DNA of 64,000 bases from Tepidisphaerales bacterium (GCA_038244055.1 JBBRTW010000001.1:4291-68290); one strand, 5' to 3'; shown: positions 20,169-30,018, numbered from the stretch's first letter. The notes: generated by a model from the letters alone, not told the origin. Numbers and translations are program-made.

Positions 20169-20244
20169 GGGTAGAGGGTAGACGAAATACCGCGTGTTTC
20201 TTGGCGCTTCGTTCTATCCTCAATCCTCTATCCTCTACCCTCTC
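20169..20244. repeat. Heptamer-array inverted repeat (GGGTAGA x2 / TCTAYCC x4)
   Basis: GGGTAGA GGGTAGA at 20169-20182 faces TCTATCC TCAATCC TCTATCC TCTACCC at 20213-20240. Confidence 0.8.
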
Positions 20245-20262
20245 TTTCTTCCTAACGTGTTA

Positions 20263-21201
20263 TCAGAACTCCCACCCGATGTTGATGTAAACGCGGGCCG
20301 TGGCGGAATCGGGGGTAATGCCGAAAAGAGGGGCGACATTGATGCTGAGCTGGGGAACCGGCCGCCACTGGACACTGGGGCCGATGAGAATGGACGTTTC
20401 GTAGTTGGCGCGGTTGCCGTGCGTGGAGATGAACTCGACCTTGGTTTCCGCTCCAAAAGAGAGTTTTTCGTCGATGAGGGTATAGGAAATGCCGCCATCG
20501 ATTTCGTAGGTGTATTCGCGGCCGCCGCCGGTTTCGAATTCGCCGACGAAATTCACGCCCCAGTGCCAGCGCGGGGCCAGCTCATCACCGAGCAGCAGCT
20601 TGAATTCCACGCCATCCGCATCGTACTCATGGTAGATATATTCGGCATAGAACGTAGGGTTGCCCCAGATCTTGCCCCAGTCCGCCAGAGCCCAGCGGCC
20701 CTCCAGTTGAGCGCCGTTCTGCCCCTTGCCGGATTCGTCGATATCGAGGCGGTAATAGACATCGACCTGGAAGTGGTAGGGCAGCCCATAGGAGATTTCG
20801 GCCAGATACCGGCCGTTGGTTTCCCCGGATTTAAGAAAGCGCGGGATGAACCAGAGCTCGGCCTCGACCTTGCCCTCGGGGATGACGTAAACGCGCGTGT
20901 TGGGGAATCGGCGCGTGGCGGTCCAGCGCGGCTGGCCGTAGGAGCCGACCCGGTCTTCCTCGCGAAGCTCGGATTTGTTGGCGGTGACATTGACGGGGGG
21001 AAGCTCATAGGAGCGGAGGTGGGCTGGCGCGGGGGCGGGAGCGGCGGATTGGTCGAGCGTGAGTGGATTGGTGAGGTCGAGTTTGTCGTCGGTAGGAGCG
21101 AAGTTGGCGGGCGGTGCGCCTGCGCCGGGATTTTCAGCCAGGGCAGGCAAGACGAGAGCGAGTAGGGCGGCCGCAATGGCCAATCGAAGGGCGCGAAGCA
21201 T
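20263..21201 (-). CDS. Outer-membrane beta-barrel protein (hypothetical)
   Basis: Signal peptide, alternating beta-strand pattern and a C-terminal ...INIGWEF aromatic terminus. Confidence 0.5.
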   Translation of the reverse strand: MLRALRLAIAAALLALVLPALAENPGAGAPPANFAPTDDKLDLTNPLTLDQSAAPAPAPAHLRSYELPPVNVTANKSELREEDRVGSYGQPRWTATRRFPNTRVYVIPEGKVEAELWFIPRFLKSGETNGRYLAEISYGLPYHFQVDVYYRLDIDESGKGQNGAQLEGRWALADWGKIWGNPTFYAEYIYHEYDADGVEFKLLLGDELAPRWHWGVNFVGEFETGGGREYTYEIDGGISYTLIDEKLSFGAETKVEFISTHGNRANYETSILIGPSVQWRPVPQLSINVAPLFGITPDSATARVYINIGWEF

Positions 21202-21280
21202 GGAGTTCCTCCCAGAACTGTGAAAGTAGTAAATACGACTATATCATGCCGAGAATAATCGCGGAAAACGAGTGTTTTGT

Positions 21281-21392
21281 GTAGCACGGGCATCCTGCCC
21301 GTGTTGAGAATTAAGAATTTGGCGAGTTTCTAAAGTCCGAATCTCGCAGACATGGGCAGAGCCTGTCTTGAGCTTGCGAAAGAATGCCCATG
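21281..21392. repeat. REP-like palindromes (GTAGCACGGGCA..TGCCCGTG family)
   Basis: gtagcacgggcatcctgcccgtgttgag lies at 21281-21308. A split copy catgggca...tgcccatgctac lies at 21350-21392. Confidence 0.85.
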
Positions 21393-21447
21393 CTACGGGC
21401 CGCTCATCTGATCCCCTCTCCCGAGTACAGGAGAGGGGGTAAATCTC

Positions 21448-21478
21448 GCAACCAGCAACTAGCAACTCGCAACTATTT
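21448..21478. repeat. Tandem heptamer array (GCAACTM units) overlapping a stop codon
   Basis: GCAACTA GCAACTC GCAACTA TTTC. The CTA at 21473-21475 is the TAG stop of the minus-strand CDS. The same CAACTATTTC junction occurs at 23771-23780. Confidence 0.8.
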
Positions 21479-22696
21479 CTCGGGATGTTCTTTAAGATCC
21501 TTCTGGATTTCCTGAAGCGCCAGCGTGGCGTACGAGGTGACCAGGATATTGCTGTCTTCGAACCATTTCTTGTCGCCCTGCCACGAGCCATCTTCTTTCT
21601 GGAGGGCGGCGATCTTATTGGTCAGGTCCAGACGCCAGTCGTGCTTGTTGCCTTTGGCATCGACGATGATCGGCTCGCCGTAGACGTGCAGGGCGCGGGC
21701 CATCGTGTGATAGTAGTAGTAAAGACCATAGCGGGTCATATCGCCGAGCTTGGGGTCATTGACCTGCATGCCGGGGTTGGCATCGACCGTGTAGTTCTCG
21801 CTGATCCATTGCCAGGCCGCCTTCACCTTGGGATCGTTCCTGGAAAGCCCCGCATAGATCATGGATTTGAGGCCCGCATAGGTCATCGACCCGTAAGAGC
21901 GAATGACGCGCTTGCCATCGGGGCCGAGGATAATCCCGGCCGGCGATTCGCCTTCATTGGCGGGCGAGTAGAAGAATCCGCCTTTCTGGGCTGGATCATC
22001 GCTGGCGAACTTCTGCTCGTTCGTTTCGGTATTGTTCTGGGTGCGGGTCAGGAACTTGAGCGCGGCCTGAAACGCGGGATCATCCTTGGACAGACCGGCG
22101 TTCTGCAGCGCTTCCATGGACATCTGCGCGTTGGAAAGATCAGGCCGGCCGGCGCGGGAATAACCCCACCCGCCCCACCAGACATTCTTATCATCGGCGA
22201 TCTTTTCACCCTTGGGTCCGGGCGGTGTCTTGTCGGTCCACTGGATGCCCTTGATGTAGGCGACGGCGCGGTCGATCTTTTCCTTGTAGGCCGGGTTGTT
22301 GGCGGCCGCCAGTGAGGAGATGGCGATGGAGGTGTTGTAGTTGGCCAGCAGGTCCTGGTAGATCCCGCCGTTATCGAGTTGGTAAGTCAGGAGCTTGTCG
22401 TAGCCTTTTTTGACGAAATCCGCATTCGGGCCGGTCTTGGGGTCTTGCGCGAAGACCTTAAGTGGCAGGGCCGTCAGAGCAGGGGGGTCCTTCTCGCCCT
22501 GCCACCCGCCATCGGGCTTTTGCTGGGCTTTGAGGTAGGAAAGCGCTTTATCGATGGAGGCCTGAACGCGAGCGTCCAGCGCCGGGGCGTCGGCCGCGAT
22601 GGCCGTGCGCGGGTAGGGCAGGGGGTTGAAACTGAACGGGGCGATGATCGAAGCGGAAATCGCGAGAGACAGAAACAATCGGAGCTTGCGGGTCAT
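21473..22696 (-). CDS. Secreted prenyltransferase/squalene-oxidase-repeat protein
   Basis: Signal peptide and repeated DGGW/GGWG motifs (QKPDGGWQG, WWGGWGYS, KEDGSWQGD). Confidence 0.7.
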   Translation of the reverse strand: MTRKLRLFLSLAISASIIAPFSFNPLPYPRTAIAADAPALDARVQASIDKALSYLKAQQKPDGGWQGEKDPPALTALPLKVFAQDPKTGPNADFVKKGYDKLLTYQLDNGGIYQDLLANYNTSIAISSLAAANNPAYKEKIDRAVAYIKGIQWTDKTPPGPKGEKIADDKNVWWGGWGYSRAGRPDLSNAQMSMEALQNAGLSKDDPAFQAALKFLTRTQNNTETNEQKFASDDPAQKGGFFYSPANEGESPAGIILGPDGKRVIRSYGSMTYAGLKSMIYAGLSRNDPKVKAAWQWISENYTVDANPGMQVNDPKLGDMTRYGLYYYYHTMARALHVYGEPIIVDAKGNKHDWRLDLTNKIAALQKEDGSWQGDKKWFEDSNILVTSYATLALQEIQKDLKEHPEK

Positions 22697-23168
22697 GGAT
22701 TCCTCATGTTGGGGTCGAGGTATGAAAAAGTTCCCGGAATCTTACTAACGGGTGCCGACAGGATGATACGACAAAAGCATTCTGGCGAGCGATTGGCCAG
22801 GCGCTGGCGGAATTTTGACCAGTTATCCGGGCGCCGGTGCCAAGGGCGGTTGGATCAGAGGTCAAAATTAACGGTGAGGCAGTCCGACAGCGGGTTTCGG
22901 GAAATGGTTGAGCAAGGGCCGTGCCTACGCGCGGACTATGCGACACTCAAATTTTGGATTGATGACCTTCGCTCCGATACGCTGCCCGAACCTGCGTGGT
23001 AATCAAATTGAGGAGGATGACACGACAACAAATCATCGCGCGCGATTTCGCGCATGTGGTGCGGCCCCGTCTCGGCTGCCAAAGCAGGCGGAGGTGCCCG
23101 CACCACAAGCGCACGATCGCGCGCACTCATTCAGAATGCCGACGGGCATCGAGGAGCGTTGAGACGCG

Positions 23169-23603
23169 TCATGCCGATGGCGAGTTGGGCCGGTTATTGC
23201 CCGGGCGGATGTCGTATTTACCCTCGAGGATCGCGCCCGACCCAACCGCCAGCGCCGGCGCGGTGACATCGCCGTGAATCTCGGCCTCGGGGCTCACCAG
23301 CACCGGGCCATGCGAGATGACATTCCCCTTGAGCTTCCCGCGGACGATCAGCCCGCCGCAGGTGATGCGATCGGTGACGACGACGTTCCCCTTCTTCTCA
23401 ACCGTGACCATGCCGACCGTTTCGATGCTGCGGCGAGCCCGGTACTCCTTGATGCGAATGTCTTCGATCGTGAGTGATTTGTTGCAATACTTGCAGGTGA
23501 CCGTGAGGGCCTTCTTGCCGATCTCCTGGGGCTTGGCGCAGTAAATGCAGAAGATGATCTGGCGATCATCGGAGGAAGGGATGGGAAGATCGCCTCCGGC
23601 CAT
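23169..23603 (-). CDS. Bactofilin-family protein with N-terminal zinc-ribbon
   Basis: CIYCAKPQ...CKYCNKS CxxC pairs are followed by a beta-helical bactofilin-like repeat (VVVTDRITCGGLIVRGKLKGNVISHGPVLVSPEAEIHGDVTA). Confidence 0.72.
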   Translation of the reverse strand: MAGGDLPIPSSDDRQIIFCIYCAKPQEIGKKALTVTCKYCNKSLTIEDIRIKEYRARRSIETVGMVTVEKKGNVVVTDRITCGGLIVRGKLKGNVISHGPVLVSPEAEIHGDVTAPALAVGSGAILEGKYDIRPGNNRPNSPSA

Positions 23604-23641
23604 GGGAGCATTCTAGCGGGGGAATCAGCTTAGAGACAATT

Positions 23642-23780
23642 CGAGTTTCGAGTGAGATGCGAGTGAGTTGCGAGATTCGAGTTATGAGTTGCGAGTCGAG
23701 AAACCGAAATCCTCCACAACTCGCAACCCGCAACTCGCAACTATTTCCGCAACTCCCAACTCGCAACCCGCAACTATTTC
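23642..23780. repeat. Heptamer-array hairpin (GAGTTGC-type units / CAACTCG-type units)
   Basis: The left arm is 23642-23700. The right arm (23717-23780) reads CAACTCG CAACCCG CAACTCG CAACTAT ttccg CAACTCC CAACTCG CAACCCG CAACTAT. The right end overlaps the TAG stop of the bactofilin gene. Confidence 0.88.
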
Positions 23781-24184
23781 GGCCCCTGTGGCTGACCCGC
23801 GGGCAGGGCCGGCTTATTCTGCCCCTGTGGCGGGCGATTCTTGACCGCTTCGGGACCGACCGTGACATGACCGACGAGAATCGCGCCTTCATCGACGACG
23901 AGCCGGCTCGTGCGCAAATCCCCTTCGTAGCGGGCCGATTGTTTCAATTCGATTTTGTCGCTGGCCGTGAGGTTGCCCGTGACTTCGCCTTCAACGGTGA
24001 TCCCGCCCGAATCGACATCGGCCGACATCTTGGCTTCCTTGGCGATGTGCAGTTTGCCGGGGGTAATGATCTTCCCCTCGAACTTCCCATGGAGGCGCAT
24101 GCCCTTCTCGAACGAAAGTTCGCCCTTAAAGCTGGCATCTGGGCCTAAAATGGTCGGAAAATCCTGATTGACGGGGTCAGCCAT
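23774..24184 (-). CDS. Bactofilin
   Basis: Starting at MADPVNQ (24184): ILGPDASFKGELSFEKGMRLHGKFEGKIITPGKLHIAKEAKMSADV..ITVEGEVTGNL is a canonical bactofilin repeat. The tail is Pro/Gln-rich. Confidence 0.8.
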   Translation of the reverse strand: MADPVNQDFPTILGPDASFKGELSFEKGMRLHGKFEGKIITPGKLHIAKEAKMSADVDSGGITVEGEVTGNLTASDKIELKQSARYEGDLRTSRLVVDEGAILVGHVTVGPEAVKNRPPQGQNKPALPAGQPQGPK

Positions 24185-24392
24185 GGTGTGCCTCCTGCGG
24201 AGTACGGGGATTTGAGCAAACCCGGCACTCCATACCGGGCGAGAAGTTGGGCGGATTATATCGATCGAAGGCAGGGCCACAATCGATTGGAACTCAATGT
24301 GTCAGAAATCAGTAGCCAGGGGCGTTGATGCTCACAGAGACCCCAACAGACTCGCCGGGCAATCGCATGTGGCATGAAAAGGGCAACTATTG

Positions 24393-24474
24393 CGAATTTC
24401 GGATTGTGGATTGCGGATTGAAAGGCGGTTTTCAATCCGCAATCCGCAATCCACAATCCGAAATCCGAAATCGG
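24393..24474. repeat. Heptamer-array hairpin (CGGATTG units / CAATCCG units)
   Basis: CGAATTT CGGATTG TGGATTG CGGATTG (24393-24420) faces CAATCCG CAATCCG CAATCCA CAATCCG AAATCCG (24433-24467). A related copy lies at 42326-42412. Confidence 0.9.
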
Positions 24475-24591
24475 TGCGATAGGTGTTACATGCGATGGCC
24501 CTAAACAGACTCTGGCGCGAGCGGACCGACCCTTGACAACCCCCCCCCGCCCGATAGAGTATCCGCCCCAAGGCGAGAGGCCTTTTTCGTA

Positions 24592-24664
<73 letters not shown>

Positions 24665-24699
24665 TTTTAAGTAATTGCAAGCACTTATGGCAATCCGCC

Positions 24700-24725
24700 G
24701 GCACCCGGTTTTGGGTGCCTTTTTC
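24700..24725 (+). terminator. Rho-independent terminator after the tRNA
   Basis: Stem ggcaccc-ggtttt-gggtgcc followed by tttttc. Confidence 0.75.
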
Positions 24726-24801
24726 ATGCCGGTTTCCGATGCGTATCGGATCAAGAACAAAATCGCCCTGATAATGTCCGCCCTGGCGACGCCCCGCATT
24801 C

Positions 24802-24891
24802 AAAACATAAAACATAAAACATAAAGACATAATCATCCTCGAGCCCCATCCGCCCCCCTTGCCTCCTTTTGTTTTATGTCTTTATGTTTTT
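24802..24891. repeat. Heptamer-array hairpin (AAAACAT units / complementary ATGTTTT-type units)
   Basis: AAAACAT x3 plus AAAGACATAA (24802-24832) faces ttttgttttatgtctttatgttttt (24867-24891). Confidence 0.85.
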
Positions 24892-25022
24892 CCCGCCTTC
24901 GCCATGAGGAGGATTGTGCAGGCGGCGGGATTCGCATGCGCTGACTCGGGTATTGGTGAGCATTGCGTCTGGGGGAGAAGGATCGGCGGTATCATCGGGC
25001 GCTCCTAAGTGAAGGACATTTC

Positions 25023-26624
25023 ATGATGAAGATCCGATGTCTGGTGGCGCTGGTGTTGTGGATGCTCGTGGGTGTGCGAGGTGGGGAGGATCGCTCGAAT
25101 GGGGTTTATGCTGAGGAGAAGGAAGGGCTCAAGCCGGGGACCGAGGTCTTTCGGGGGGATTTTGATTCGGCCGATGGGCTGAAGGGCTGGCAGATCACCG
25201 GGCCGGGGACCGTCACCCTGATCGCGCGCGAGGGGGGGATGGCGGCGCAGGTGGATGCGCCCAAGATGCCCGGGCAGAAGATGCGCATCAAGCTGCCCGT
25301 GGAGCGCATCGCCGGGCTGCGCCTGGCGATCTCGGCCTTGATCAAGTCGGAGGATGTGAAGACGCCGGAGAAGAGTTTTCAGGGAATCAAGCTGATGCTC
25401 TACACGACCGGCCCGGCCGGGCCGCAGTGGCAGCATCCCTCCAAACTCTGGGGCACGTTCGATTTTAAGCCGGTGGCGTTTCTCGCCAGTGTGCCCAAAG
25501 ATGCCACCGAGGCCTGGCTGGACCTGGGCGTGGAGGCCACCACCGGCCGGGCGGTGTTCGATCAGATCAAAGTGATGGTGCAGGCTGTCCCGCGCACCCG
25601 CCCCGCCGTTCGGCCTGCCCTTAGCGCGGTCAATTCCAATCGATGCACCGAGATTTCCCGCCTGCGCGGGGTCATGTACGGCCCGGCCGGGAAGGCCGAG
25701 GATATTGAAACCCTCGCGAAGTGGAATGTGAACTTGATCCGCTGGCAATTGCACTGGGTGCCGGGTGGCAAGCACGATGCCTGGCGCGATGGGCTGGAGG
25801 CGTATGATAAATGGATCGACCACACCCTCGATCAAATGGATACCCTGCTGCCCCTGTGCGAGAAGCATGGGATCAAGGTTTTAATCGACCTGCACACACC
25901 CCCCGGCGGCGGGATCAACATCGGTGCCTGGGCACTCTTCGAAGAGAAGAAGTACCAGGATCATTTCATCAAAGTCTGGGATCGCATCTCCGCCCGCTAC
26001 AAGGGGAACAAGACCATCTGGGGCTACGACCTGGCCAACGAGCCGATCGAAGGTTTGACCGCGCCGGGCCTGCTGGGCTGGCGCGAACTGGCGCTGGCCG
26101 TCTCGGAGCGGATTCGCAAGGTCGACGCCGACCATGCGATCATCGTCGAGCCCGGCCCCGGCGGTGACTGGGAAAACCTCCCCTTCTTCCCACCTCTGCC
26201 GGTGAAAGGCATTGTCTACAGCCCCCACATGTACAAGCCCGGCCAGTTCACCCACCAGGGGGTCTTCGGCAAATCCGCCCCGATCGCGTACCCCGGCGAA
26301 ATCGCCGGCAAACAATGGGACAAGGCCGCGATGCGCCAGGCCCTCTCGGAGATTCGCGACTACCAGCTCGACTACGATGTGCCCATCTACATCGGCGAGT
26401 TCAGCGCCATCCGCTGGGCGCCGGGTGAATCCGCCCGCGATTACCTGGCCGACTGCATCAGCTTGTTCGAAGAGTTCGGCTGGGACTGGTCCTACCACGC
26501 CTTTCGCGAGTGGAGCGGGTGGAGCGTGGAGTATGGGTCGGATCCGAAAGACACCAAGCCGAGTGAGACGCAGACTTCGCGGGAGATTCTGCTCAGGGGG
26601 TGGTTTGGGAAGAACGGGAGATAA
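25023..26624 (+). CDS. Glycoside hydrolase family 5 (cellulase/mannanase-like) with N-terminal carbohydrate-binding-like domain
   Basis: A signal peptide follows the Met at 25023. VLIDLHTPPGG, YDLANEP (acid/base Glu) and IYIGEFSA (nucleophile Glu) match the GH5 clan-A pattern. Confidence 0.8.
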   Translation: MMKIRCLVALVLWMLVGVRGGEDRSNGVYAEEKEGLKPGTEVFRGDFDSADGLKGWQITGPGTVTLIAREGGMAAQVDAPKMPGQKMRIKLPVERIAGLRLAISALIKSEDVKTPEKSFQGIKLMLYTTGPAGPQWQHPSKLWGTFDFKPVAFLASVPKDATEAWLDLGVEATTGRAVFDQIKVMVQAVPRTRPAVRPALSAVNSNRCTEISRLRGVMYGPAGKAEDIETLAKWNVNLIRWQLHWVPGGKHDAWRDGLEAYDKWIDHTLDQMDTLLPLCEKHGIKVLIDLHTPPGGGINIGAWALFEEKKYQDHFIKVWDRISARYKGNKTIWGYDLANEPIEGLTAPGLLGWRELALAVSERIRKVDADHAIIVEPGPGGDWENLPFFPPLPVKGIVYSPHMYKPGQFTHQGVFGKSAPIAYPGEIAGKQWDKAAMRQALSEIRDYQLDYDVPIYIGEFSAIRWAPGESARDYLADCISLFEEFGWDWSYHAFREWSGWSVEYGSDPKDTKPSETQTSREILLRGWFGKNGR

Positions 26625-26787
26625 TGTCAAATGTCAAAAGGCAAAACAGGCAGACTCTTCAACAAGGCGGCGGAATGGTGAGAAGACATCCCGCGCGGGA
26701 GGGGGCGGGGCGTGGCCGGCCGGCGGAGATTGGGCAGGTCGGCATCGAGAGGGATGAGGTATTGGAGCTCGAGCTTGGTGAGCCCAT

Positions 26788-27756
26788 TCACTTCCCCGAC
26801 GTCCACGCCTTGTACCGTTCATCCAATTTCGCGGCCGCGGCATTGCCGGTGTGGAAGAGGGCGCGGTATTTGAAGGTGACGGGCTTTCCCGGTTCGATCT
26901 TGAAGTCGCCCGCGCCTTTGGGCTGGTTCTTGTCGAAATCGTGGAGGCCGAAGGGATTGGGGGCGTGCAGGCCATACTCGCGCGTGTGCCACATGGTCGG
27001 GTGGCGGGGGTTTTCGGGATGATCGAAGATCGCCACACCGTAGGGCTTGCCGCCGATCTGTCCGGATTCATCGCACCAGTCGGCCGGCTTGCCCCAGATT
27101 TCCTTCTCACCGGTCTTGCCGGCCGAGTTGGTCAGCGCGCCCTTGCGGGCCTTGTCTCCTTTTTCACTGTTGCCGATCTCGGAATGGAGACGGACGGCGC
27201 AGAGGCCGGCCTCCTTGGTGTCGCCGAGCGTGACCGCTTCATTTCCCGCCGGGACCAAAGTCACTGTCACATCGATCCCGCGCGTGCCATCTTCCAAAGC
27301 GAAGAAGCGCAGCGTGCGCGTCTCTTTCAGCAGGGTGGGATCGGTCTCGGTCTTGCCGCTCCATTCGAGCTGCTCGACGAGCGTGTCGCCTTCGACTTTG
27401 TCGAACTTGATGTGTTTCTGAATCCCGGATTTGCCGGCCAGATGGGACCAGTGATCCACGCCATTGACATCGCCTTGGGAAATCCAGAAAGAGCGGTGAT
27501 GCGGATGCTCCTTGGGGTTGGTGATGGTCTGATCGCTGGTGATGCACTGCCCATCGGCCGCGTTCACCGGATACGCGAAGGGGCGATGGAAATTCTTGTC
27601 ATCGCCGGGGAGGAAGTGGTAATCGGTGAAAAGTTTGCCGTCGATTTCGACCTTGATCGAAGTCGGCTGTTGCGTCAGTTTCACTTCAGCGCGGGCCGGC
27701 GCGGACAGCATCAAAGCTCCGATGACGATTGCGGCGGTAAACAGGCGGTGGGTCAT
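26788..27756 (-). CDS. PmoA-family (DUF6807) protein, secreted
   Basis: Signal peptide. FHRPFAYPVN...HPHHRSFWISQGDVNGVDHW is characteristic of the family. Confidence 0.72.
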   Translation of the reverse strand: MTHRLFTAAIVIGALMLSAPARAEVKLTQQPTSIKVEIDGKLFTDYHFLPGDDKNFHRPFAYPVNAADGQCITSDQTITNPKEHPHHRSFWISQGDVNGVDHWSHLAGKSGIQKHIKFDKVEGDTLVEQLEWSGKTETDPTLLKETRTLRFFALEDGTRGIDVTVTLVPAGNEAVTLGDTKEAGLCAVRLHSEIGNSEKGDKARKGALTNSAGKTGEKEIWGKPADWCDESGQIGGKPYGVAIFDHPENPRHPTMWHTREYGLHAPNPFGLHDFDKNQPKGAGDFKIEPGKPVTFKYRALFHTGNAAAAKLDERYKAWTSGK

Positions 27757-27793
27757 GGGGTTCCTTATAGCGGAAAAACTAAAAACCTAAACC

Positions 27794-27951
27794 GTAGCAT
27801 GGGCATCCTGCCCATGTGGAGTGCGCGGAGCATAAAAATGCAGAGCCCAAAACACCAACGCCGCTCCCACGGGCAAGATGCCCCGTGTTACTTACACGGG
27901 CAAGATGCCCGTGCTACTGTGTTACTCACACGGGCAAGATGCCCGTGCTAC
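27794..27951. repeat. Cluster of 4 REP-like palindromes (GTAGCAYGGGCA..TGCCCRTG)
   Basis: Copies lie at 27794-27821, 27868-27887, 27895-27917 and 27929-27951, in both orientations. Confidence 0.88.
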
Positions 27952-27956
27952 GAAAA

Positions 27957-29939
27957 TCACTTCACCGAATACTCCACCCACTGCGTCTCAACCTTCTGCC
28001 CGGCGTCGAAAGACCAGGAGGCATCCTCGCCCGCATTGGGCGCGGCGTAGGTATGGGCGGCGGTTTTGGACTGGCCGGTGGAATCTTTCCAGGAGAAAGT
28101 AACCTGAGTGGGGCTGGGCTGGGAATTGGCGTAGGCGAGATGGGCTTCGACTTTTCGGTAGGTTTTTCCGCCGCTGTTGGTGAAGCGGACGCGCACGGGG
28201 CCGGCGATTTCGGGTAAGGCGATATCGCCCCAGGTGAAGGACTGGCTCCAGTAATCGGTGGGCTCGGGCTGCCGGCGGAGGATCTGCCAGTCTTTGACCA
28301 CTGGCTTCCAGGTTTGGCCGGCATCGGCCGAGAAATCGATTTGATATTTAACCTCGGGTCGCGGCGGCGCGCCGGAGGATTGCCAACTGGCGGCGTAAAG
28401 TTTGACCGCCTTCTCGCCGCGCGGGGCGGTGAGTTCCAGGGTTACGCTGGGCGAACCCATCTTGCCATCCACCACATGCGCCTCGGCCTGCGGCAAGGTC
28501 GGCCCGGCGGAGATCAGGCCCTGGTTGGACTGGGCGAAGGTGATCTGGTTCATGCCATCGTGGAGATGGGGGATGACGGCGACATTGGTCTGGCAAATGG
28601 TTTGAATGCTCAGGCCGGATTTCTTGAGATCATCCATCGACCCGGCGATGCGGAGGAGGTAGCTGTACTGGCCTTTCACAAGATCGGTCGCATCGATCAT
28701 GTCCGGGGCCGGGCCATGCACATGACCGTTGGGCGACTTGATGAGCGTGGTGAACGCCTTGACGGCCCGGCCGGCATCGTTCCAGGTCTTGCCGGCATTG
28801 GTAGAGATGGAGATGGGGAATTTTCCGTTGGAAATGTAGATCACCAGGCCATTTTTTCCGCCGGGATCGTAAATACCCCAGGGTTTGTCGTTGGGAGGCG
28901 TACAGGCGATTGTGTAGGGCGAGCGGAATTCAAACGTGATTTGCTTGCCATCTTCATCCACCACCGCCTCTTTGTACGACCCACTGGCGAAATCGGGGGC
29001 GTAATTGAAGGCGACGTTTCCATAGCGCACCTGTCCCTGGGCTGCGCCGGTGCCTTTCTTGGATCCATACATTTTCTCGGGTTGGTTGACCCAGGTTCGA
29101 TCGCGCTGCGGGCCGGGGATGCCGCCGGTGTTGTAGTTGCGGCCCCAGAAGACATAGGCGTCTCCGATGTTCAGGCCGGGCTTCAGATAGCGGGTCATCG
29201 TCTCGCCGGCGCGCAGGTTCACCATCGGCGGCGGCCCGGCGTAACCCGCGAGGTATTCGGCCACTCGATACGAAGTGTAGACGCCGCCCGCATCTTCATC
29301 GGCCAATCCCGAAACGCGCCAGCCGCGCTGGCGATCGGGCTTGAAGCCGGGGTCTTTGAGCGTCTTGATTTGCGGGACGATCTCATCGATCCCCATCAGC
29401 CGGCTGCCATCGGGGGAGAAGATGACCGTGGAAATATCGTGATCGAGCAAAACCCATTTGCCCGCGCCATACGCTCCACCCGTCAGATAAACTTCGAAGG
29501 AGTTGTGGCCCGAGACGCCGACGCTTCGGCTGCGGCAATGCCCGAGCAGTGCATCCATCTCGGCCGTCCATTGGGCGTGGGTGGTGCCGCAGAGGCCGAA
29601 ACCGTGGGCGAAAAGGCCGGCCCAGTAGTCGCGATTCCATTCGGTCTTGTTGAAGCCCTGGCCGTAGAGGTCGCATTTGCCTTCTTCGCCATGGGCGTAG
29701 TGCAGGTTCCGCCAGTACCAGGAGGCGAGGGCCTTATCCTCATCGGTGACCACCTTTTTCCCGGTGGCCCGCTCGTAAGTCTCGGCCTGGGTTTTGAAGA
29801 GGCGCTCGAAGGTGGAGCATGAGAGCTCGCCGGGATAGAAGGGATGATCCGTCTTGATCTGGGGATCCCCCGATGCGGCCCGCAGCGCGGTCGCGCCCGC
29901 CATGACCAGTCCCGCCGCCAGCGTTTTCCATAGGCTCAT
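27957..29939 (-). CDS. Secreted hypothetical protein with transglutaminase-like Cys-His-Asp core
   Basis: Start at MSLWKTLAAGLVMAGATALRAASG (29939). GFGLCGTTHAQW ... VSGHNSFEVYL ... KWVLLDHD fits the transglutaminase-like G-x-C / H-x-x-x-E-V-Y / D pattern. The ORF-track start at 30221 reads through REP copies. Confidence 0.5.
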   Translation of the reverse strand: MSLWKTLAAGLVMAGATALRAASGDPQIKTDHPFYPGELSCSTFERLFKTQAETYERATGKKVVTDEDKALASWYWRNLHYAHGEEGKCDLYGQGFNKTEWNRDYWAGLFAHGFGLCGTTHAQWTAEMDALLGHCRSRSVGVSGHNSFEVYLTGGAYGAGKWVLLDHDISTVIFSPDGSRLMGIDEIVPQIKTLKDPGFKPDRQRGWRVSGLADEDAGGVYTSYRVAEYLAGYAGPPPMVNLRAGETMTRYLKPGLNIGDAYVFWGRNYNTGGIPGPQRDRTWVNQPEKMYGSKKGTGAAQGQVRYGNVAFNYAPDFASGSYKEAVVDEDGKQITFEFRSPYTIACTPPNDKPWGIYDPGGKNGLVIYISNGKFPISISTNAGKTWNDAGRAVKAFTTLIKSPNGHVHGPAPDMIDATDLVKGQYSYLLRIAGSMDDLKKSGLSIQTICQTNVAVIPHLHDGMNQITFAQSNQGLISAGPTLPQAEAHVVDGKMGSPSVTLELTAPRGEKAVKLYAASWQSSGAPPRPEVKYQIDFSADAGQTWKPVVKDWQILRRQPEPTDYWSQSFTWGDIALPEIAGPVRVRFTNSGGKTYRKVEAHLAYANSQPSPTQVTFSWKDSTGQSKTAAHTYAAPNAGEDASWSFDAGQKVETQWVEYSVK

Positions 29940-30018
29940 TTTTTTTGTCTCCTGTCGGGGTCGGGTGTCGCAACCGTCTCCCTTCATATCACGCCGGCGC
30001 GATTCCGTGGTATAATTT

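Noticed and set aside
22908-23162. 84-aa and 64-aa ORFs in the long spacer after the bactofilin genes.
   Set aside because: They are compositionally odd and overlap each other on opposite strands. They coincide with GC-rich secondary structure and are more likely non-coding.
24665-25022. Integration of a mobile element at tRNA-Lys.
   Set aside because: There is no integrase, no direct repeat of the tRNA 3' end that I could find, and the next gene is an ordinary GH5 hydrolase. The spacer is explained by a terminator and a heptamer hairpin.
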